Shown here in pieces: positions 57,679 to 64,000 of a stretch of 64,000 nucleotides of DNA; the first letter of the stretch is position 1, and every line of letters starts with the position of its first letter. A program made the position numbers and the translations under genes. Origin of the DNA: an uncultured Nitrospira sp. (lineage in GTDB: Bacteria; Nitrospirota; Nitrospiria; Nitrospirales; Nitrospiraceae); the NCBI GenBank assembly GCA_902500785.1, contig CABVRW010000008.1, positions 19,095 through 83,094 of the forward strand, read 5' to 3'. The notes beneath the pieces were generated by a model that made no database searches, was not told the origin of the DNA, and was given only the letters and a program-made list of their open reading frames with translations.

Positions 57679-58929
57679 ATGCACGATCGACCTGCCAGAC
57701 GCGTCGTGGTGACCGGTCTCGGACTGGTAACCCCCCTGGGGACCGGAGTGGAGAAGACCTGGAAGGCGCTCTGCGCCGGAGAGTCCGGTATCGGTCGAAT
57801 CACGAAATTCGATCCGAGCGGGTATGATGCGCAGATCGCCGGAGAGGTCAAGGATTTCGATCCGGCGCAGTTCATCGAGAAAAAAGAAATCAAGAAGATG
57901 GACACCTTCATCCATTATGCGGTGGGGGCGAGCCAGCTGGCGGTGGATGATGCGAGGCTCAAGGTGGCGCCCGAAGAAGCCACGAGGGTCGGGGTCTATA
58001 TCGGGTCCGGTATCGGCGGGCTCGGGTCCATTGAACATTACCACGATGTGCTCAAGGAAAAAGGCCCAGGGCGGGTCTCCCCGTTTTTCATTCCGATGAC
58101 GATCATCAATCTGGCCTCCGGGCAGGTGGCGATTCGGGTTGGCGCAAAGGGGCCGAATTCGTGTGCCGTGACGGCTTGCGCGACGGGCAATCACTGCATC
58201 GGCGATGCGTATCGGCTCATTCAGCGCAATGATGCGGATGTGATGATTGCCGGAGGCGCTGAGGCAGCGATTACACCGCTGGGCGTCGCCGGGTTTGCAT
58301 CCGCGAAAGCCCTCTCTTTCAGAAATGACGAGCCTACGAGAGCCAGCCGTCCATTCGACAAGGATCGCGACGGCTTTGTGTTGGGTGAAGGGGCCGGCGT
58401 GGTCGTGCTGGAAGAGCTTGAGCATGCCCGTGCGCGTGGCGCACGCATCTATGCTGAAGTGATCGGATACGCCATGAACAGTGATGCCTACCATATTACC
58501 GCGCCGCCCGAGGATGGAGAGGGCGCAGTTCGCTGCATGGAAATGGTATTGAAGGATGCGGGCGTGGCTAAGGCGGACATCGGCTATATCAACGCCCATG
58601 GCACCTCTACCATGGCGGATGCCATCGAAACCAAGGCGATCAAACATGTCTTTGGGGAGCAAGCCTACCGTATTCCTGTCAGTTCGACGAAATCCATGAC
58701 GGGCCATCTGTTGGGTGCGGCCGGAGGGATTGAAGCGGTGTTTAGTATTCTCGCGCTGCATCATGGCATGTTACCTCCCACGATCAACCTTGATCGTCCC
58801 GATCCCGCCTGCGATCTTGACTATGTGCCCAATACAGCGCGTCCTGCCAACACTCAGGTGGTCCTGTCAAATTCCTTCGGCTTCGGCGGGGTCAATGCCT
58901 GTTTGCTCTTTCGCAGGTGTGACCAGTAA
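57679..58929 (+). CDS. fabF: beta-ketoacyl-ACP synthase II
   Basis: [38 protein letters not shown]. Confidence 0.98.
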   Translation: MHDRPARRVVVTGLGLVTPLGTGVEKTWKALCAGESGIGRITKFDPSGYDAQIAGEVKDFDPAQFIEKKEIKKMDTFIHYAVGASQLAVDDARLKVAPEEATRVGVYIGSGIGGLGSIEHYHDVLKEKGPGRVSPFFIPMTIINLASGQVAIRVGAKGPNSCAVTACATGNHCIGDAYRLIQRNDADVMIAGGAEAAITPLGVAGFASAKALSFRNDEPTRASRPFDKDRDGFVLGEGAGVVVLEELEHARARGARIYAEVIGYAMNSDAYHITAPPEDGEGAVRCMEMVLKDAGVAKADIGYINAHGTSTMADAIETKAIKHVFGEQAYRIPVSSTKSMTGHLLGAAGGIEAVFSILALHHGMLPPTINLDRPDPACDLDYVPNTARPANTQVVLSNSFGFGGVNACLLFRRCDQ

Positions 58930-58956
58930 TCCTCTTCAGGGCACGAGTCAGGTCCT

Positions 58957-59661
58957 ATGACGCCCGCAACGTCAATCGAGGCGGTCCAACGCCTTCTGGG
59001 CTACCGTTTCCATCAGCCTCGTCTATTGGAAGAAGCGCTGACCCACAAGTCGTACTCCAACGAGCGGCGCAGCAAAGATCGAACCCAGAACGAACGCCTG
59101 GAGTTTCTCGGCGACGCGGTGTTGTCGCTTGTCATGAGTGAGTATCTTGCGGCAGAATTTCCCGGTAGTAACGAGGGCGGCCTTTCCAAGCTGAAGGCCC
59201 ACCTCGTGAGCGAGGCCTCACTCGCGAAGGCGGCCCGACGCATGAAGCTCGGTCGACTGTTGCGGTTGGGGAAAGGCGAAGAACTTTCGAAGGGACGGGA
59301 GAAACACTCGCTGTTGGCGGACGCGCTTGAAGCCTTGATTGCGGCCGTCTATCTGGATGGTGGGCTTGACGCAAGCCGAAAGTTTACGTTGCGCGTGCTG
59401 GAGGAGGAATTGCTGGCGACGCGTGCGGAACAGGCCAGACCCGGGATGGAGGATTACAAGACGCAGTTGCAGGAGGTCTGCCAGAAGCGATTCGACACCT
59501 TGCCGCAGTATGCGACGGTGCGGGAATCTGGTCCTGATCACGAGAAGGTGTTTGAGGTGGAGTTGACGATTCAGGGAGTCATGCGAGGAATCGGGTACGG
59601 TCACAGCAAGAAAGAGGCGGAGCAAATGGCAGCGAAGGAAGCGCTGGCGCAATTGATGTGA
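58957..59661 (+). CDS. rnc: ribonuclease III
   Basis: NERLEFLGDAVL, ADALEALIAAVYLD, dsRBD DYKTQLQE..GPDH..SKKEAEQ.AA. Confidence 0.98.
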   Translation: MTPATSIEAVQRLLGYRFHQPRLLEEALTHKSYSNERRSKDRTQNERLEFLGDAVLSLVMSEYLAAEFPGSNEGGLSKLKAHLVSEASLAKAARRMKLGRLLRLGKGEELSKGREKHSLLADALEALIAAVYLDGGLDASRKFTLRVLEEELLATRAEQARPGMEDYKTQLQEVCQKRFDTLPQYATVRESGPDHEKVFEVELTIQGVMRGIGYGHSKKEAEQMAAKEALAQLM

Positions 59662-59697
59662 AGAGATACACCGGCGGCAGACCGACAAGAAGGAGGC

Positions 59698-60345
59698 ATG
59701 ATGGCACAACGACGATGGAACAGTCGGTTCGGACTCGCAGGAGTGATGAGCCTGCTCATGACAATCGGTATGACGGGGATCGGCTCGGCGGCGGCTCCGG
59801 CCGGCAGCGAGTCTGTGAGCGCCAGTAACGCGCGGGCGGTCATCAAGACGAAGTTCGGCGATATCGAGATCAAGTTTCTTCCGGATATCGCGCCGAAGCA
59901 CGTCGAGAACTTCATCAAGTTGGCCAAGTCCGGATTCTACAACGGGACGATCTTTCACCGGGTGATTCCGGGATTCATGATTCAGGGCGGCGATCCGAAT
60001 ACAAAGGATTCGCTGAACAAGAGTGCCTATGGCCAGGGTGGACCTGGACACAATGTGAAAGGCGAGTTCAGCGACCTGCCTCACAAGCGTGGCGTGGTCT
60101 CCATGGCGCGGGCCCAGGATCCTGACAGCGCCGGCTCTCAGTTTTTCATCGTCGTCGAGGAGTCGCGTTTTTTAGACCGAAAATATACGATCTTCGGCGA
60201 GGTGGTCAAAGGGATTGGTGTGGCGGACAAGATCGTGGCGCTGCCGAGGGTCATGTGTCAAACCGGTGCACCGAGTCCTGCGGACAAAGGCCCCTGTGAC
60301 AATCCGATCGATCGGGCAGAAATGACCGTTACGATTATTGACTGA
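59698..60345 (+). CDS. exported cyclophilin-type peptidyl-prolyl isomerase
   Basis: Signal peptide; FHRVIPGFMIQGGDP, VSMAR, SAGSQFFI, YTIFGEV. Confidence 0.95.
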   Translation: MMAQRRWNSRFGLAGVMSLLMTIGMTGIGSAAAPAGSESVSASNARAVIKTKFGDIEIKFLPDIAPKHVENFIKLAKSGFYNGTIFHRVIPGFMIQGGDPNTKDSLNKSAYGQGGPGHNVKGEFSDLPHKRGVVSMARAQDPDSAGSQFFIVVEESRFLDRKYTIFGEVVKGIGVADKIVALPRVMCQTGAPSPADKGPCDNPIDRAEMTVTIID

Positions 60346-60410
60346 GCCGAGGAGAGATGCGCCTGGTGCGGATCCCTCTTAGCGCGTTGGCCCAGTGTGG
60401 TGGAAACCGG

Positions 60411-60986
60411 TCAGAAGGGTTGGTCCTGTTGTTGTGCCCGCACCAACGTCAAGAAGTGAACAAGAGCTTTGGTGATTCGCTCGGCATGAGAGGCGGAGCG
60501 AAACAGCAAGGTGTCCTCAGGAAACTGTGCCTTGAGTTCCGTGACTGCGCCGGTACAGTAGCTGGTCTTTAGAACACAGGGTCCGCTGCTCTTGCAGGTC
60601 ACACGGACTCCGTAGAGGACGAGGTTGTTCTCGCGGGTGTCTTGGCCTTGGTACTCGATCCTGTCGATGTCGTGCAGATCGAAGTGTGTGAACCCCGTAT
60701 TGATGTCGTCATGTCCGTGATTGAGCTCGACCGTGCCAAGTTTGGTCCCCGTGGGAATCACGGTGTAGATCTCGGTAATTTTCGTCGGGGTCCCGGCTTT
60801 CGGGGTTCTGCAACTGAGGCTACGGACAAAGCCGTGAGTATTGGCCATATCGCTGATGAACTGCACCGTGTCATCCAGGGTTTGGCTAGTCGCTGCGGCA
60901 GGTAAAAAAATGACGCAGGCCAGCGCCCACGCAAGGTACACCGAACTGAGCGGCAGTGATCCTGGATTCCTCTTCCCCTCATGCAT
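60411..60986 (-). CDS. secreted hypothetical protein with four Cys in the mature region
   Basis: GGAGA SD before ATG 60986; signal-like YLAWALACVIFLPAAATS; no family recognised. Confidence 0.65.
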   Translation of the reverse strand: MHEGKRNPGSLPLSSVYLAWALACVIFLPAAATSQTLDDTVQFISDMANTHGFVRSLSCRTPKAGTPTKITEIYTVIPTGTKLGTVELNHGHDDINTGFTHFDLHDIDRIEYQGQDTRENNLVLYGVRVTCKSSGPCVLKTSYCTGAVTELKAQFPEDTLLFRSASHAERITKALVHFLTLVRAQQQDQPF

Positions 60987-61148
60987 GGTCGTTCTCCCTG
61001 AGAGCCGTCGCCCGCGGAACGTCAACGGCAGTCCTTACCGTACTGAAACCTCATAGACACTGCAATCCCTACTTTGACGCAACGTCGGAAGCGACGCAAT
61101 GCCACCAGTAGATTCGGTGATGCCTGCTGATGAGGACAACGGGTGCGG

Positions 61149-62192
61149 TCACGCCACGTCTTGTGCGATTTCGGCCGGGAAAATAGTCGGATCGAGGGGA
61201 ATAATCGGGGAAAGATCGATCTGTTCCGCAATGGGTCCGAATCGGAAAGTATTCAGCAACGTTGAAATTCTGAATTCCATTTTTTCGAGATTCTTATAGT
61301 GGAATAGTCGAGAGAGAAACGGTCCTTCCATATGCGGTTGCTGCGGATCCAGTTCCCACGGATGAAAGTACATGATCAGAGGGCGGCCTTGTCGTTCAAT
61401 CCGTCGCAACAATCCGCAGAGTGCCGGAAAAGGCAGGAGGCGGAAATAGCTGCCGCCGGCGATGGGGAGCCGTACTCCTCCCAGGTTGACAGTGGACGGT
61501 GGGAGTTCCCAGATGGGGCCGGAAGAGGTCTGTTTTAGATGGTGCCAGGGATCGGATCCGGGCACGCCGCAGTGGTCGTGCCGGATCGGAACGACACTGG
61601 AGTCATAGGTATGACCTTCTTCAGCTAAGATCGGCAGGGCCCACAGAGTTTCGCGAGTAATGGTGAATCCTGGTGCCCGATAGCCTTGGACCGGAGCGCC
61701 CGTGAGGTCTTCGAGAATCTGTTTCGCTTTTCTCACGTCTGCACGAAATAATTCCGGAGTTTGGGCGGTGACCAACTCATGGCCATACCCATGTGAAGCG
61801 ATCTCATGGCCACATTCGAGGATCTGCTTGATGAGCCCCGGATGGCGTTCCGCGACCCATCCTAAGACAAAGAAGGTCGCTCTCGTCTGGTAGCGGGCGA
61901 GCAGTTCGAGCACCTTGCAGGTGTTCGGAGTGACGCGACTTTCAAAGGAGCTCCAGTGCCGTCGGCGAATCGGCGAATCGAAGCGGGAAACCTGAAAATG
62001 TTCTTCGATGTCGAATGTCAGACAATGCACTGGTGAGATCCTTGGGTGTAGGGTTTTGCCTACTAGGCGAGACAAGCTAGGGTTGTCATGCGGATGTTTG
62101 AGAAGCAGGTCACAGAGAAGACCCTTTCGACGTGCTTTGTATACTATGTGCGCATGACGAAGTAAAGCAAAGTTTAAGCCATACCATTTCAT
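61149..62192 (-). CDS. polysaccharide deacetylase, XrtA/PEP-CTERM-associated type (NodB domain plus DUF3473-like tail)
   Basis: LTFDIEEHFQV, ATFFVLGWVAE, HEIASHGYGH, GYRAPGF, YDSS, YFHPWELDP; start uncertain (frame open to 62468). Confidence 0.85.
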   Translation of the reverse strand: MKWYGLNFALLRHAHIVYKARRKGLLCDLLLKHPHDNPSLSRLVGKTLHPRISPVHCLTFDIEEHFQVSRFDSPIRRRHWSSFESRVTPNTCKVLELLARYQTRATFFVLGWVAERHPGLIKQILECGHEIASHGYGHELVTAQTPELFRADVRKAKQILEDLTGAPVQGYRAPGFTITRETLWALPILAEEGHTYDSSVVPIRHDHCGVPGSDPWHHLKQTSSGPIWELPPSTVNLGGVRLPIAGGSYFRLLPFPALCGLLRRIERQGRPLIMYFHPWELDPQQPHMEGPFLSRLFHYKNLEKMEFRISTLLNTFRFGPIAEQIDLSPIIPLDPTIFPAEIAQDVA

Positions 62193-62358
62193 TAGGTATT
62201 TCAATCCGATAGTCTTAATAGTCGAGAAATATTCCCCAAACTGTATCGGAGAATTCACTGCATGAGTATCTTGAAAGATACACTCGCGGTACCCGTCAAG
62301 ACCGATGAGGGGGAGACTCAGGGGAGGCAGGTCGCGTAGGAGCGTGCAGAGCTGTCGA

Positions 62359-63606
62359 TCAGGCCGCGTGTCTCGTTGTGGCACTATCTGGTAGTTGTGG
62401 CTGGAGCGGCACGGTAAATCGGAAGACGGAACCGGATCCTGGTTCGCTTTCCGCTCCGATATGTCCACCCATTAATTCTACAAGCTGTTTGCAGATGGCT
62501 AGGCCCAGTCCAGTTCCGCCATATTTTCTGGTCGTGGACCCATCCGCTTGTACAAACGGTTGAAATAGTTTCGCAAACGCGCTGGGAGCGATACCGATTC
62601 CATTGTCCACGATAGAAAATCTAATGTGCGTGACCTGGTCATGCTGTCCTGACAGTTCGCCATATCGGGTGGCGGGAAATTCAAGACGTTGTTCAGGTGG
62701 TCGTTGATCGAGATCCACCAGGACGGAGACCCGTCCCTGATCGCTGAATTTGATCGCGTTCGCCAGCAAATTGCTGAGAACCTGTTGCAGTCTGGCTGGA
62801 TCACCACACAAGGCGCTCGGCACGTCGTCGGCGATGTGAGAGGTCAGCAGCAGGCCCTTCCGCTGCGCCCGCTCCGCAAAGAGCGCCAGGACCCGGTTGA
62901 GAAACGTGGGCAGGTCGAAGTCCAGCAATTCGAGAGACAGTTTTCCTGATTCGATCTTGGAGAAGTCCAGAATGTCGTTGATGATGACCATCAAGGCATC
63001 GCCCGATGAGCGGATCGTCTGGGCACAGTCCAGTTGTTCGGCGGTGAGGGGCGTGTCGAGCAGCCAGTCCGTCATTCCCAGGACGCCGTTCATCGGGGTG
63101 CGGATTTCGTGGCTCATGGTCGCCAGGAATTCGGATTTGAGGCGAGCCCCTTCAACCGCGGCATCGCGAGCTTGCGTGAGGGTGGCCTGACTTTCCCGGA
63201 GTTCCTGGAGTACCTGGCTGGCGCGCACCATATAGCGAATCCGGTGCGTCAGCAGCATCGCATTCAGAGGTTTGACAATAAAATCGGTGGCGCCGGCATC
63301 GTAGGCTTTGGTGATGGACTCAAAGTCGTCCAGTCCGGTCATGATGAGAATGGGGGTATGTTCGCCGCCCGGCAGCCGGCGTAAGGCCGCACAGGTGGCA
63401 AAGCCATCCATGCCCGGCATCATGACGTCGAGCAGCACCACGTCCGGCGGGGACTTCTGAAAGACCGCGCACGCTTCCATTCCGTTTTGCGCCTCTTCCA
63501 CCTCCCACCCGGCCTGTTCCAAAGCTTCGCGAGCGAACATACGCAGGATGATATCGTCATCCGTAATCAACGCATAAGGCAATCGTCCTGGTGTAAGCGG
63601 GTTCAT
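62359..63606 (-). CDS. cytoplasmic hybrid kinase: REC-HisKA-HATPase_c
   Basis: [63 protein letters not shown]; no TM. Confidence 0.92.
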   Translation of the reverse strand: MNPLTPGRLPYALITDDDIILRMFAREALEQAGWEVEEAQNGMEACAVFQKSPPDVVLLDVMMPGMDGFATCAALRRLPGGEHTPILIMTGLDDFESITKAYDAGATDFIVKPLNAMLLTHRIRYMVRASQVLQELRESQATLTQARDAAVEGARLKSEFLATMSHEIRTPMNGVLGMTDWLLDTPLTAEQLDCAQTIRSSGDALMVIINDILDFSKIESGKLSLELLDFDLPTFLNRVLALFAERAQRKGLLLTSHIADDVPSALCGDPARLQQVLSNLLANAIKFSDQGRVSVLVDLDQRPPEQRLEFPATRYGELSGQHDQVTHIRFSIVDNGIGIAPSAFAKLFQPFVQADGSTTRKYGGTGLGLAICKQLVELMGGHIGAESEPGSGSVFRFTVPLQPQLPDSATTRHAA

Positions 63607-63986
63607 GGCTGATTCTCCTTGGCGATCTCGTTTCGAAAGACGGTACAAGCGGCGAGATAGTCAGCGTGCAACTGTATGAACAACCGGTCGGCATCGACGA
63701 GATTGTTGCGGCTCCCCATGGCTTCAAGCTCCTTGCAGCCGGCTGCCACGGCGATGGCGCCGAGTTGAGCGCTGCTCGATTTAAGCCGGTGTGCGATGGC
63801 TTGGAGTGCCGTCGCATCGTTGGCGCGAATGGCATCCCGCAGCGCATCCACGCTCTCCCGCGAATTGTCGAGATACTTGCGCAGCACGGAGGCCAGCACA
63901 TCCGGACGATTGGGGCGTTGTAGGGCACGGATGCCGTCCAGGGCCTTGAGGTCCATGCCGGTCGCCGTTGCGGTCATCTCCGGCAC
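63603..63986 (-). CDS. stand-alone Hpt phosphotransfer protein
   Basis: AHRLKSSSAQLGA..C.ELE; overlaps kinase start by 4 nt; start uncertain. Confidence 0.9.
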   Translation of the reverse strand: MPEMTATATGMDLKALDGIRALQRPNRPDVLASVLRKYLDNSRESVDALRDAIRANDATALQAIAHRLKSSSAQLGAIAVAAGCKELEAMGSRNNLVDADRLFIQLHADYLAACTVFRNEIAKENQP

Positions 63987-64000
63987 GGACTTGCTTGTGG

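Noticed and set aside
57649-58764. 371-aa antisense ORF opposite fabF
   Set aside because: Common antisense artefact of conserved GC-rich fab genes
1-64000. CRISPR arrays, rRNA, tRNA, integrase or transposase
   Set aside because: No regularly spaced direct repeats, RNA-gene signatures or recombinase motifs seen by eye

Overview
GC-rich bacterial chromosome segment, all protein-coding as far as I can see. Gene content and order suggest Nitrospira/Nitrospirota (inference, not verified). Layout: (1-7321) end of a surface-glycan operon (GT4, Wzx flippase, GT2, LarA-family racemase/epimerase, FkbM methyltransferase, ArnT/PMT-type GT-C). (7355-10186) minus-strand accessory patch showing decay: alpha/beta hydrolase, frameshifted PilZ gene, GST, and a toxin-antitoxin pair with a truncated ParE/RelE toxin. 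(10319-16597) cstA, yajQ, a BNR propeller lipoprotein, an unknown repeat protein and asnS. (16921-39052) dcw cluster rsmH to ftsZ plus pgeF-yggS-proC-yggT-divIVA and an AmiE-like hydrolase; the promoter carries DnaA boxes and MraZ-type repeats, but no mraZ gene is present. (39541-48288) pgsA-like, pilC-pilS-pilR, ispE, prs-rplY-pth. (48495-51189) stand-alone indoleamine 2,3-dioxygenase-family gene, a small membrane protein, an OM beta-barrel and a Gly/Tyr-rich lipoprotein. (51428-60345) rpsF-ssb-rpsR, yceD-rpmF-plsX-fabHDG-acpP-fabF-rnc and a cyclophilin. (60411-64000) minus-strand Hpt, REC-histidine kinase, polysaccharide deacetylase and a secreted hypothetical. I saw no rRNA, tRNA, CRISPR array or transposase. 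Best leads: the LarA-family enzyme inside a glycan operon, the orphan IDO, the DnaA/MraZ operator architecture without mraZ, the unknown repeat protein, the duplicated FtsZ C-terminal peptide and the CstA Cys-Cys tail. All assignments come from motif recognition by eye; no searches were run.
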